Shown one piece after another: positions 20,556-30,287 of a DNA stretch of 64,000 bases. The position numbers and the translations under genes were made by a program. The stretch comes from an uncultured Bdellovibrionales bacterium. Lineage in GTDB: Bacteria > Bdellovibrionota_C > UBA2361 > SZUA-149 > CAYOZL01. The DNA lies in NCBI GenBank assembly GCA_964408435.1, contig CAYOZL010000002.1:344-64343 (forward strand). The letters run 5' to 3'. Position 1 is the first letter of the stretch. Each line of letters begins with the position of its first letter. The notes beneath the pieces were generated by a model, which saw only the letters and a list, made by a program, of their open reading frames with translations, was not told the origin of the DNA and did not search any database.

Positions 20556-21776
20556 TTAACCCAAATCTAAACTTAAGTCTTCATCAAACTCTAATTCTTC
20601 AGTATTAGAATTTGATTCCTTATTGCTGTAATCTGTTTGTTGTTGTTTGAAAGTTTTTTTAAATCGTGTACTTATTTTTTTATATCCAAAATATAGTAAT
20701 CCAAATAAAACTAATACCCAACCAAAACTAAAAGAGCTTTTTCTCTTATTCTCTGTGCCTGTGTCTAAACTTCTATTTACAAAAGACTCTTTTTCCTCAA
20801 CTTTAAGCATAGCTCTTTGCTGTCCTGTCTGTTCTTCGCTTTTAAACTCAGACTCAGCCATAACTTCTTTATCGTTTCTTTGTGTACCTAATTTGTTACT
20901 AGCTTTGTTATTAAGAGTTTTATAATACTTACTCTTAGGATTAATTTTACTTAAATAAAAATCATATTTTTCTTTATTTTCAATATTATCTAATAAGTAA
21001 GTTACTGTTGTGTATTCTAAATATTTATTGAGTCCGGTATCAGTAGATATTCTTTGATATGACTCAAGAAATTTTTCTTCTGCCAATACCCTAATTGATG
21101 CTGGTGCTTTTACTAACTGTAGAAAGAGCATTTTAACATCACCTCTAATCTCATCTGTTATTTCTGTTTGAGCCAAAAGTGAAAATGCACCTGAAAGATC
21201 ATTTTTATTATTTTCTCTAAAATCCAAAAAAAGTTTTGTGTTGTTAGCAGTTTTTTGCTCTCTATAGTAATGAACGAAAACTTCATCATCTAATATATTA
21301 GAATATTCATAATCTGCTGAAGTCATTGCAAGTGGAGTTATAATATTCTCAATAGATTTTATTTTTTTGCTTTCACTTAAGAGTTTTTTAGAAGTATTTA
21401 TGTAATTTCCAAGTTCTAAATCTACAGTTCTAAGTCTCTTAATGTAGTTTTGATCTATATTATTAATATTGTTTAATAAATATCTCTTAACAGTTTTTCT
21501 ATTTGAAATATTTATATAATCACTACTAGAGCTAGCATTTGTAATTTTTCTTAAAGAATTCAGATCACCTTCTCTTACGCTTTTTTCAATTAGCATCGGA
21601 TTAATAGAAGTATATGATTTAGTCTGTATATCTTGTGTATTTATTTGTGCTGCTTTTTTAATATCTGAATTTAAGACTAAACTAGCAGTTGAATCAGTAC
21701 CTACGTATATTATTAATGCGAATAGAGTAGCAGTAAATAGTGTTGTTATACTTATCCAGGTTAAAAAGCTTTTCAT
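20556..21776 (-). CDS. hypothetical bitopic membrane protein
   Basis: An N-terminal TM helix (ITTLFTATLFALIIYVG) and a C-terminal TM helix (FGWVLVLFGLLYFGY), with a charged tail. It is the first gene of the operon that ends with ligA. Confidence 0.4.
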   Translation of the reverse strand: MKSFLTWISITTLFTATLFALIIYVGTDSTASLVLNSDIKKAAQINTQDIQTKSYTSINPMLIEKSVREGDLNSLRKITNASSSSDYINISNRKTVKRYLLNNINNIDQNYIKRLRTVDLELGNYINTSKKLLSESKKIKSIENIITPLAMTSADYEYSNILDDEVFVHYYREQKTANNTKLFLDFRENNKNDLSGAFSLLAQTEITDEIRGDVKMLFLQLVKAPASIRVLAEEKFLESYQRISTDTGLNKYLEYTTVTYLLDNIENKEKYDFYLSKINPKSKYYKTLNNKASNKLGTQRNDKEVMAESEFKSEEQTGQQRAMLKVEEKESFVNRSLDTGTENKRKSSFSFGWVLVLFGLLYFGYKKISTRFKKTFKQQQTDYSNKESNSNTEELEFDEDLSLDLG

Positions 21777-21856
21777 CTTTTTGATCTAATTGATTTTTGA
21801 TTAAATATATCGAAAAACTAGTTTTTAGTCAATTAAAGTAAGTAATTCCGAGCAGG

Positions 21857-23095
21857 TTAGTTAACAAGTAGGTTTCTATGAACGACACCACTTTGGTCTG
21901 TAGTAAGGATGTTTTGTGGCACTCCAGGAATTGGGAATGGAAACATTAAGTTAGATATCAAACCGGATGAAGAACAACTAGCTAAACTATCACATTGAAT
22001 GGTATCACCTAAGGGGTCAAATACATCGAATTCACTTTCTACAGGGTGAAATAAGCCTAAATAGTGGCCAGATTCGTGCGCAATTGTCTCAGCTAATATG
22101 CTTAGTTCTAAATTAGATAAAAGCCCATCAGGCCCTTGATGCTCAGAAAGACTGACTCCAACTGCAGAAAAATCTGTAAGAATTGCTGGACCAGGAATAG
22201 AGCTTGCGACACCAAACACTGATTCTAAAGTATTAGCACCAGTTGTATTTGAATCTGAAGAAATAAAATCTGCGACATATACATTTAGTGCTATAGGATC
22301 TGAAGTAGATACAAAGCCCTGATTAGCAAAAAAATTAGAACCAGATATCGGATTAGGTAATACTCCAGTTGTGCTAGGTACATTAAAAACTGAAAGATCT
22401 ATTAAAAGACTGATTTGACTAAAGATAGCCCTTGTTTGGTCCATAGCTTGTTGTATTTCTAAAGAACTATTTTGTGCAGCATCGCCAACTAGAAATAAAT
22501 TAACTGCCACAGTTCCTGAACTAAAACTAGTGTCGTTTTTTGCAATTACTGTTGCAGTAACATTGCCACTTGTATTATCTCCAATAAAGGCTAGTTGATT
22601 ATAAGTACCTGAAAAAACTCCTGGGTCTTCATCGTTAGTTTGATAGTTAAGAGTGTTAACTTCAGGACCAAAAATTAAAGCAAAAGTAGTTAGTTCTTCA
22701 TCAGCATTTGGAACAATTTCATTATTATTAGGATCAAATAAGGCAACAGTAGCAATTCCATTACCAGGGTCTTGAAGTATAACTTGAAAAGCATTAAGCG
22801 TTGATAGATTTAAATTTAAGGATAAAAAATTAGTATTAGAAAAAGGTATGTTTACCTGTTCTATACCAAAGCCATTCGAGGCATCAACGTTAATACTACT
22901 AGTAATAACATCAAAGCCATCTATTGAATCGACGACTGTATCAGTCGTGTTATCTCCAGCTATAATTCCATCGCTATTATCATCAGTAGTGTTAGTTCCT
23001 GAGACACCACTAGATACTCCAGTAGAGCCGTTACCACCACTGGTGCAGGATATAATACTTAGAGATACTAAAAATATGAGGGCTAAATTTTTCAT
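21857..23095 (-). CDS. secreted lipoprotein zinc metalloprotease, metzincin-like
   Basis: Lipobox LSIISC and a Gly/Ser/Thr-rich linker. The motif AHESGHYLGLFHP matches HExxHxxGxxH. Confidence 0.75.
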   Translation of the reverse strand: MKNLALIFLVSLSIISCTSGGNGSTGVSSGVSGTNTTDDNSDGIIAGDNTTDTVVDSIDGFDVITSSINVDASNGFGIEQVNIPFSNTNFLSLNLNLSTLNAFQVILQDPGNGIATVALFDPNNNEIVPNADEELTTFALIFGPEVNTLNYQTNDEDPGVFSGTYNQLAFIGDNTSGNVTATVIAKNDTSFSSGTVAVNLFLVGDAAQNSSLEIQQAMDQTRAIFSQISLLIDLSVFNVPSTTGVLPNPISGSNFFANQGFVSTSDPIALNVYVADFISSDSNTTGANTLESVFGVASSIPGPAILTDFSAVGVSLSEHQGPDGLLSNLELSILAETIAHESGHYLGLFHPVESEFDVFDPLGDTIQCDSLASCSSSGLISNLMFPFPIPGVPQNILTTDQSGVVHRNLLVN

Positions 23096-23145
23096 GGTTA
23101 AGGGTAGCTTATTGATAAACTACCCTTTAAGCTTTATATAAATTA

Positions 23146-23880
23146 TTATAATACTGCTTCTTTCAAAGCTTTATTAGGGCTAAATTTAACTCTTTTTCTA
23201 GCAGAAATTCTAATAACTTCTCTAGTTAAAGGATTAATTCCCATTCTAGCCTTACTCTTTCTTACGTACATCTTACCTAAGTTTGGTAAAGGTACTCGAT
23301 ATCCGCTCTTTAAAGACTCATGAATAATTCCAACAAAAGATGCATAGAATTCTTTAGCATTCTTCTTTGATGTGAAACCAACATAAGAAACTAAATTGTC
23401 ATACAGCTCAGATTGCGAATACTTATTAGTAGCTGAGTTCTTAGGCTTACTAAGCACTTTTTTACTCGGCGCTAAATAAGTAGGCTTTTTAACAACTACT
23501 TTAGCTACTTTTTTAACTGCTTTTTTCTTAGCCTTCTTCTTAGCAGGCTTTTTCTTTGCTACTTTTTTCTTAGTAACTTTCTTTTTAGCCTTCTTTTTAG
23601 TTACCTTCTTCTTAGTTGTTTTCTTTTTTGTAGCTTTCTTTTTAACTACCTTTTTCTTAGTAGCTTTTTTCTTAGCTACTTTCTTCTTAGTAACTTTCTT
23701 TTTAGCAGTCTTTTTCTTAGCTGCAGCTTTTTTCTTTACTGGCTTTTTTTTCGTAGTTTTCTTCTTTGTAGCTTTTTTCTTTGTTACTTTCTTTTTAACT
23801 ACTTTTTTCTTAGTAGCTTTTTTCTTAGCTGGTTTCTTTTTTGTTGTTTTCTTTTTAGTTGCCAATTTAATTTCCTCCAA
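23146..23880 (-). CDS. histone H1-like lysine-repeat protein fused to an HU/IHF-type DNA-binding domain
   Basis: The N-terminal ~150 aa consist of KKK(A/T/V)TKKKV repeats. The C-terminal ~90 aa (RVPLPNLGKMYVRKSKARMGINPLTREVIRISARKRVKFSP) form an HU fold with a beta-arm. Confidence 0.8.
   Translation of the reverse strand: MEEIKLATKKKTTKKKPAKKKATKKKVVKKKVTKKKATKKKTTKKKPVKKKAAAKKKTAKKKVTKKKVAKKKATKKKVVKKKATKKKTTKKKVTKKKAKKKVTKKKVAKKKPAKKKAKKKAVKKVAKVVVKKPTYLAPSKKVLSKPKNSATNKYSQSELYDNLVSYVGFTSKKNAKEFYASFVGIIHESLKSGYRVPLPNLGKMYVRKSKARMGINPLTREVIRISARKRVKFSPNKALKEAVL
23500..23870. repeat. tandem ~30-nt coding repeats (lysine-rich decapeptide repeats) within the HU-like gene
   Basis: Visible periodic units such as cttagtagctttttt, cttagctactttctt and cttagtaactttctt. 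The unit number could vary. Confidence 0.7.
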
Positions 23881-24058
23881 AATACATGTTAAAAATAAAC
23901 TTAAATAAAACTACTTCCCTAATTTATTTAGATTGTAAAACGTAAAACATTGATTAGCTTATAAAGTGTTTAAACACGTTAAAAACTAATTACTAATACT
24001 ACCGCTACTTGTTATAGAATTATTGGTCAAGAAAAATCAATAAAAAAAAGTGAATTTA

Positions 24059-25300
24059 TTAAACTATCTTTTTGCTCTTTTTGCTCTTCGTTTTTTCTAT
24101 TAGCTCTGAATCAATTTCTTTATTAGATAAAAGTCTTAGATATTGTTCATAATCATTGGTTACTTTAAGCCAAGAATATTGCTTCTGAGCTCTTAAATAA
24201 GCTGATTTTCTAAGTTTTAAGATTCCTTCTTTATTTATAATTATATCAGCAATCTTATTTTTTAAATCACTGATATCATTAAAACTATAAGCTATTCCAG
24301 TGCCAGATAAAACTTCAATATTCTCAGGGGTAGAGTTAAATAATATACAATTAGCAAAACCCATTGCCTCAACTAATGCAGGATGAGTACCCCCTACTTC
24401 AGTTGCTTGAATATAGATTCTTGCATAGCTTTGAAGTAGTTCGTATCCTTTACCGTATATCGCACCTGAAAAAATAATATTATTAGATTCGTATCTTTTT
24501 AAGCCTTTAATATAATCTTTAGAATACGGCGCATCACCAACAATTAGCAGTTTATATTCAGATAATTCTTTATTTTCTTTTATAAGCTTATCATAGGCCT
24601 CTATAACCACATGAGCATTGTTCTCAGGTTCTAATCTGCTAACGAAAAGGATATACTTTCCTGGTATAATATCTAAGTCCTTAAAAATCTTTTGATTAGA
24701 TCTACTTACAGTATTTTCTAAATCAAGAGTTTCTAGTTTTGAATTTAAAATATCTTTAGGTATCTCTCTACAACCATAAGGAATTACAATAGAACTTTGT
24801 TTATATTTTTCCTGGTAATACTCCCTAATTACTTCTGCATCAGAGATAAAAGAATTTGCAAATTTAACTGAGCAATACTCTCCTAGTAAATACCAGAGTT
24901 TACCAAACTTATTCCATTTAGCTCTTTTCCTCTCTATTCCGTCAACATTAACTACAACAGGAGTTGAACTAAAGAGTTTGAAAAGTAGAAGTAGCGGACT
25001 GTTAGCACCATTACATAGTAAAATAACATCAACAGGGTTTTTTATTAAATCATAAAGAGATAAAAAACTATGAACTATGGTCTCAAAATACTTATGCTTA
25101 GGAGCTGGTAGTAATTTAAGTTCTACACCTTTATAAAACTTTTCATCAAAGTCTATTAAATGTTTTCTACCGTAAACTCTAACGGAATTACCTTTTTCGA
25201 CAAGCCTAGTTGCTAATTCTTCTGCAAAGGTTTCAAAGCCACCATAACAAGCTGGTATGCCTCTTGTTCCACAAATTGCTATTTTTAATCTTTCGCTCAT
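24059..25300 (-). CDS. glycosyltransferase family 4 with DUF1972-like N-terminus
   Basis: The N-terminus IAICGTRGIPACYGGFETFAEEL matches the DUF1972-type GT4 pattern, and a C-terminal GT1 domain is present. Confidence 0.75.
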   Translation of the reverse strand: MSERLKIAICGTRGIPACYGGFETFAEELATRLVEKGNSVRVYGRKHLIDFDEKFYKGVELKLLPAPKHKYFETIVHSFLSLYDLIKNPVDVILLCNGANSPLLLLFKLFSSTPVVVNVDGIERKRAKWNKFGKLWYLLGEYCSVKFANSFISDAEVIREYYQEKYKQSSIVIPYGCREIPKDILNSKLETLDLENTVSRSNQKIFKDLDIIPGKYILFVSRLEPENNAHVVIEAYDKLIKENKELSEYKLLIVGDAPYSKDYIKGLKRYESNNIIFSGAIYGKGYELLQSYARIYIQATEVGGTHPALVEAMGFANCILFNSTPENIEVLSGTGIAYSFNDISDLKNKIADIIINKEGILKLRKSAYLRAQKQYSWLKVTNDYEQYLRLLSNKEIDSELIEKTKSKKSKKIV

Positions 25301-25347
25301 CTAGTATAAAGTATTATTGTATATTAACTATAATCTAATTTATAAAT

Positions 25348-26883
25348 TTGTCAGCTAACAATACATTAATTTCAATAGTAATCCCTATATACAACCATGG
25401 AGATTACCTAAAACAGTCTATTGACTCTGTATTGAACAATTGTTCATACAGTTATGAGTTAATATTGGTTAATGATGGCTCGACTGACAATACCTCAAAG
25501 ATACTAGACACTTACAAAGAACATCACTCTATCAAAATTATTGAACAGGATAATCAAGGGATTTCAAATGCTTTAAATAATGGATTTAATAACACTAAAG
25601 GTAAATTTATAACCTGGAGCTCTGCAGATAATCTATATAAAAATAACGCCTTAGATAAGCTAAGTGAATTCCTTACAAATAATCCTGATATTGACTTAGT
25701 TTACTCAGATGTAGAGTTAATTGACGAGAATTCAAAGAGTTTTAAAAATAGTAACTACAGGGTTCAAAATCAAGATAAAAATAACACTTCAATTCTTAGA
25801 TTACCTAGAGAAGTTGATACACTTAGTCTTTATTCTGATAATTTTATTAATGCATGCTTTTTATATAGGCGTTGGATTTTTGACCTTTTAGGAGGATATA
25901 AAAAAGAGTTTATAGGATTTGAGGATTATGAATATTGGTTAAGAGTACTAGCGGCAGGTAAAATTTCACATCTTAATACTAAAGATGTTTTATATAGTTA
26001 TAGATTACATCAAGACACCTTAACTAATAATTTAAATCACCATGAACTACAAAATAAACAAAAACATGTCGTTAAAGAGTATCAAGACATTATTTTAAAT
26101 GACACTAATTTAGAATGCTCTAATAACAGTAGAAATATTCAAGAAGCTGATAATTTAGAGCTTACAAATTACCAGAACAAAGACTTAGAAGTTTTTTTAA
26201 AATCACTTCCTGCTACATACAATCCAAGTTTAGCAAAACAAATGGAAATAGAGATACATAAACAAATATATAAAACAGAACCAAGTATTGATTTTCCCAA
26301 AATTTTATCTAGAACAAATAATTCTGATTATAAATCAGTAGAACATAAGAATAATTCAAAGTTTAGTATCCTCTTAACCAATTTCATATCAGAATTAGAA
26401 ATTGAATTATTAGCAAATATTATTAAAAAGAATGCTAAATCTACGTTTGTTGCTGTTTGTCTTGATGAAAATCAAAATAAACTTGCTAATGATCTAAACA
26501 TAAAACTTGGAAGTAAGAATAGTAACTATAGAATAATTAATATTTCTGGATACAAGGGAGTAGAAACCTACCTAGAACAAGAAAAATATCTGCCTTTAGT
26601 ATTTGCTTTATCAAATTCAGATGGTCTGATTGTACCATGTATAAATGATTTATTCTTTTTTTATAATATTTTATCGCTATGTTCTGTAACAAAGCTTAGT
26701 CCTATTCTTTTAAGTAACAATAAGTGTGATTTTAAAACTATTAATTATACAGACTTTAGTCCTAGTAAGTTCTTAGATATTAAGATTGAAAATTGGCATG
26801 AAAAAGTTAGCTCTAGTTCTTTAGAATCAAGAATATTTAAGATTAAGAATTTTTTAGAGACTAAGTTTTCTAAACAAAAGTAA
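25348..26883 (+). CDS. glycosyltransferase family 2 with a long C-terminal extension
   Basis: The N-terminal GT-A DxD region (ISIVIPIYNHGDYLKQSIDSV...LVNDGSTD) and a DAD motif. The protein is 511 aa. Confidence 0.8.
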   Translation: MSANNTLISIVIPIYNHGDYLKQSIDSVLNNCSYSYELILVNDGSTDNTSKILDTYKEHHSIKIIEQDNQGISNALNNGFNNTKGKFITWSSADNLYKNNALDKLSEFLTNNPDIDLVYSDVELIDENSKSFKNSNYRVQNQDKNNTSILRLPREVDTLSLYSDNFINACFLYRRWIFDLLGGYKKEFIGFEDYEYWLRVLAAGKISHLNTKDVLYSYRLHQDTLTNNLNHHELQNKQKHVVKEYQDIILNDTNLECSNNSRNIQEADNLELTNYQNKDLEVFLKSLPATYNPSLAKQMEIEIHKQIYKTEPSIDFPKILSRTNNSDYKSVEHKNNSKFSILLTNFISELEIELLANIIKKNAKSTFVAVCLDENQNKLANDLNIKLGSKNSNYRIINISGYKGVETYLEQEKYLPLVFALSNSDGLIVPCINDLFFFYNILSLCSVTKLSPILLSNNKCDFKTINYTDFSPSKFLDIKIENWHEKVSSSSLESRIFKIKNFLETKFSKQK

Positions 26884-26895
26884 TTTTTTATTATA

Positions 26896-27042
26896 TTACT
26901 TTTTACTATTTAATTTTATAAAAGCCATTATTCCTAGAACGCCTAGAACAATTACAGTTCTTGTGCCTTGATCGGCTTTCATCACCGCTACTAGGATAAT
27001 ACCTAAGCCTACTAATAGTCCCCAATGAAAGAATGAAAGCAT
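26896..27042 (-). CDS. possible small two-helix membrane protein (48 aa), missing from the ORF track
   Basis: Manual translation gives MLSFFHWGLLVGLGIILVAVMKADQGTRTVIVLGVLGIMAFIKLNSKK. It has two hydrophobic helices and no clear SD. Confidence 0.25.
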   Translation of the reverse strand: MLSFFHWGLLVGLGIILVAVMKADQGTRTVIVLGVLGIMAFIKLNSKK

Positions 27043-27125
27043 AATTTTATATCTTATATTAAATTTCCTTTAATATAATAAAAATCAAGGTTATTGGAAA
27101 GCTAAATTAGTAGTAAAATTTATGA

Positions 27126-27905
27126 CTAAATTGCCTGCCCCATTTTTAAACGGCTAGTCTTCTCTAGCAGTTTTAAATCTAGAATATTTTTTTCAGTACA
27201 TATTACTACCGTAGAGCCGAAATTAAATCGTGCAATTTCTTCAGCTTTATTTACACCAATGTCAACTTTAGTTGGCTTTATAGGATAGGGATTACGAAAC
27301 AAGTTATTACCAAGTTTTAGTTTTAAGTAATTTAGATAAATTGAGCCTACATTTAGTGCGCCTACTTTGATCAATGCTAACTTTCCAAGATCTGGATTAT
27401 CAATAAGGGTTACAATTCTTTCATTAGTTGAGAGTATGTAATTATTAGATTTTTTAGGATTCACAGTCTTTAATCTGCCTGGCTTACCTATCCATGAAAT
27501 TATTTTACCATCTATTGGGCTATGAATTCTATGATAATCTTTAGGTGATAGATAGATAGTTAAAAAATAGCCATCCTTAAAAATCCTTGATAAATCCTTG
27601 CTACATAAAAAAGCATCTAAATAATAACTAAAATTCTTAACTTTAATTTCATTATTAATTTTTCCGAAATCAACTATGGTGCCATCAACTGGACTAACAA
27701 CTCTTGAATTATCTATTTTCCTGTTTTTGACTTCTCTTGTAAAAAAATCCTGAAAATTAGTAAACTCATCTATTGCTTTAGTAAAATCGCTAACATCTAC
27801 ATTATAAAATGAAATATAGAGATTAAATATTTTAGACCTTAAAGGTTTTGGAATTCTTATAGCAGTAATAAGACCAGTAAGATAACTAATTATTTTTAAA
27901 AACAT
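27126..27905 (-). CDS. psd: phosphatidylserine decarboxylase proenzyme
   Basis: A C-terminal FGSTV self-cleavage motif (FNFGSTVVI) and an N-terminal membrane anchor. Confidence 0.85.
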   Translation of the reverse strand: MFLKIISYLTGLITAIRIPKPLRSKIFNLYISFYNVDVSDFTKAIDEFTNFQDFFTREVKNRKIDNSRVVSPVDGTIVDFGKINNEIKVKNFSYYLDAFLCSKDLSRIFKDGYFLTIYLSPKDYHRIHSPIDGKIISWIGKPGRLKTVNPKKSNNYILSTNERIVTLIDNPDLGKLALIKVGALNVGSIYLNYLKLKLGNNLFRNPYPIKPTKVDIGVNKAEEIARFNFGSTVVICTEKNILDLKLLEKTSRLKMGQAI

Positions 27906-27920
27906 GAGACTCTAAGTTTT

Positions 27921-29543
27921 TTACCCATTATCCTGTGTGTTTCTCACTCGATCGACATGCCTTTGAAAAATAGATCTAGCTGGTGGGGCAATTTTATTCT
28001 CAACTAAGAATGCAATCTCAAATTCATTAAATATAACTTCTTGGGTTGAGATTTCACATAGATAAATAGATTCTTGTTCAAGTAACTCATTAGCAGTTTG
28101 CGGTACTTCACTAAAAGATAAATTAGCTAACTCTGATGATGACTCTGCATCGGATACCTCTGAGCCGTTTAAGATATCTATCGCTCTAATATTTTCCTGT
28201 TCATCATCCCAACGAAAGCCCATAAGTTTTGCAGGAGCTCTACCAAGTGGCATAAAAACTTGAGCAGCAGACATATTGTAAGGTAAACCACAAAATCCAG
28301 GTGTTAAAAAACTTCCCCAAGATTTTCTAATTTTTAAATTTTCAATAATTTCACTTCTCATTTTTTTATATTCATTTTCAGAGTATTGTTTATTTAGAAT
28401 ACAATAGCTTTTATTACTTAGCCCTACACAGGCAAATAAATCGTGAGAATCATAACAATGAGAGCAATATTCAAGATTCTCAACATTGCTCCAACAATCA
28501 ATACTATTAAATATATTAGTGGCATTATCACCAATCATTGCAAATTGGGCTAAATTGCTACTATTATTACCGTAGCCAATACCCTCAAAACAGTTATTTG
28601 AGTCAAAAATATTTTGCGAATTAACTATATTTTTAGAGTTATAACAGTTTTTGCTATTTTGAACCTTTGTACATTCGTGTAAAAAATTATTGTTCCTTTC
28701 TACTTTTTTATTTTCGTTATTTTTTAATTCATTCTTAAATTTTTTATATTTAATCTTTGCTTGCTCTAGAAAATCTCTTTTATTGAGTTGTAAATCTTCT
28801 AAAAATTGGAAGTATTCTTTTTTAGAAGTCTTTTTATTGTAGATACAATACTCTGAATTTTTCATATCTGTACAAAAGATACAATTTTTACAATTTATAC
28901 AATTCGATAAAAAATAACTGTTTTCACATCTCTTAGAAAAAGTAGAGAAAAATAAGTTTTTAGAATCAATGCAAGAAGAGCACTCGTAACAGTTCTCAGA
29001 GTTAATTAAATTTAAGTTATCGATGCAGTTTCTTGAATTAATTATAAAATATGAATTATGGCAGTTTATTAAATCTTTTCCTATCGTGATATTTGTACAA
29101 TTTAAAATATCACTAACATAATGAACATTTGTAGAATTTTCGAAATTCTTTGCTATAACATTCGGACGAGGTACTTTATTCCAAAGCTCAATAAATTGTT
29201 CATTAAATGCTCTATCTAAGTTGTATTTCCTACTGTATTTAGTAGCATCGAATTCTTTCTCTAACCATTTTTCTTGCTTGTAAATAGTAAATTGCGATTT
29301 TTGGTGATAAACAGAAGAGATATATCCCCCTGTTTTGTCACACTTAATTTGATAGAACCTACCAGAACTAATAAACGCTAATTTTCTTCTTAACCTTTCT
29401 CTATAAACTGTATTTGGTAAAGGTAATGAAAATTTTCGATAGTTATCTATTTCTTCAGAAGATAATTCAAAGCTTTCTCCTGTTAGCTTACATTTTCTAG
29501 CTATTGATTTCTTTTCAAATAAATTTTTAATTTTTTCTATCAT
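27921..29543 (-). CDS. hypothetical cytoplasmic cysteine/asparagine-ladder repeat protein (12-residue NCxNxxxxxxSx repeats)
   Basis: The central ~200 aa show a strict 12-aa periodicity (NCTNITIGKDLI / NCHNSYFIINSR / NCIDNLNLINSE / NCYECSSCIDSK ...). There is no signal peptide. The stop of murU overlaps its start by 4 nt. Confidence 0.6.
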   Translation of the reverse strand: MIEKIKNLFEKKSIARKCKLTGESFELSSEEIDNYRKFSLPLPNTVYRERLRRKLAFISSGRFYQIKCDKTGGYISSVYHQKSQFTIYKQEKWLEKEFDATKYSRKYNLDRAFNEQFIELWNKVPRPNVIAKNFENSTNVHYVSDILNCTNITIGKDLINCHNSYFIINSRNCIDNLNLINSENCYECSSCIDSKNLFFSTFSKRCENSYFLSNCINCKNCIFCTDMKNSEYCIYNKKTSKKEYFQFLEDLQLNKRDFLEQAKIKYKKFKNELKNNENKKVERNNNFLHECTKVQNSKNCYNSKNIVNSQNIFDSNNCFEGIGYGNNSSNLAQFAMIGDNATNIFNSIDCWSNVENLEYCSHCYDSHDLFACVGLSNKSYCILNKQYSENEYKKMRSEIIENLKIRKSWGSFLTPGFCGLPYNMSAAQVFMPLGRAPAKLMGFRWDDEQENIRAIDILNGSEVSDAESSSELANLSFSEVPQTANELLEQESIYLCEISTQEVIFNEFEIAFLVENKIAPPARSIFQRHVDRVRNTQDNG

Positions 29544-30271
29544 AATATTTTATTTAAATAGTTTTTTGCTTGTTCAAGTCTCTTAGGTGTCCCTGCATCA
29601 CACCAATAAGAACTCATTAAGTAAGCTGAGAGTATTTCATTAGAGTTTAAACAATTAAGAAAGATGTCTTTTGTAAGACTAAATTTTTTATCTTTAAATA
29701 TAGTCACAAAATCTTTCTTGAATAGATCCTGACTTAAAAGACTAATACCAGTAAAAAAAACCGCTGTATAATCTTGCTTAGAGCCATAATCTAAAAATTT
29801 ATTTATCTCATTTTTTTTATTTACTCCTAATTGACCATTTATTTCTAAACTAGGATCTGATTTAACAACTAATGAGGCAAGTTTATTTTGATTTAAGTGA
29901 AAATCTGTAAAGTCAGAAAAGCTAAACTTATTATCAATTACAATATCAGAATTAATGATTAAAAGATTTTCAGAAGTGATTTTATTAGCTATTTTAGCTA
30001 ATGCTCCGCCTGTATCCAGTATGTCATCTTCATGCGAATACTCAATTTCTAAACCCCATTTTTCACCACCAGATACAAACTCAACAATTTTATCTGCTTT
30101 ATAATGAGTATTGATAAAAACTTTTTTATATCCTGCTCTAGATAAATGCTCTAGATTCATTTCAATTAAAGATTTATCATTCACCTTAACTAGAGGTTTA
30201 GGAATCTCTTTAGTCAGCTCACCTAATCTGGTTCCAAAACCTGCACTTAATAATAAAACTTCTTCCTTCAT
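29540..30271 (-). CDS. murU: sugar-1-phosphate nucleotidylyltransferase, MurU-like (N-acetylmuramate alpha-1-phosphate uridylyltransferase)
   Basis: The N-terminal LLSAGFGTRLGELTKEIPKPLV motif, short length (243 aa), and location immediately downstream of an AmgK-like kinase. Confidence 0.7.
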   Translation of the reverse strand: MKEEVLLLSAGFGTRLGELTKEIPKPLVKVNDKSLIEMNLEHLSRAGYKKVFINTHYKADKIVEFVSGGEKWGLEIEYSHEDDILDTGGALAKIANKITSENLLIINSDIVIDNKFSFSDFTDFHLNQNKLASLVVKSDPSLEINGQLGVNKKNEINKFLDYGSKQDYTAVFFTGISLLSQDLFKKDFVTIFKDKKFSLTKDIFLNCLNSNEILSAYLMSSYWCDAGTPKRLEQAKNYLNKIL

Positions 30272-30287
30272 AGTAACCGACTTAATA

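Noticed and set aside
23096-23130. Hairpin GGGTAG-12 nt-CTACCC downstream of the HU-like gene as an intrinsic terminator
   Set aside because: The stem is plausible, but no uridine tract follows on the relevant minus strand. It is too weak to call.
23480-23880. Regularly spaced ~30-nt repeats that superficially look like a repeat array, with possible confusion with CRISPR
   Set aside because: The repeats are in-frame coding repeats of the lysine-rich HU tail. There is no alternation of repeat and spacer and no cas genes. I found no CRISPR array anywhere in the window.
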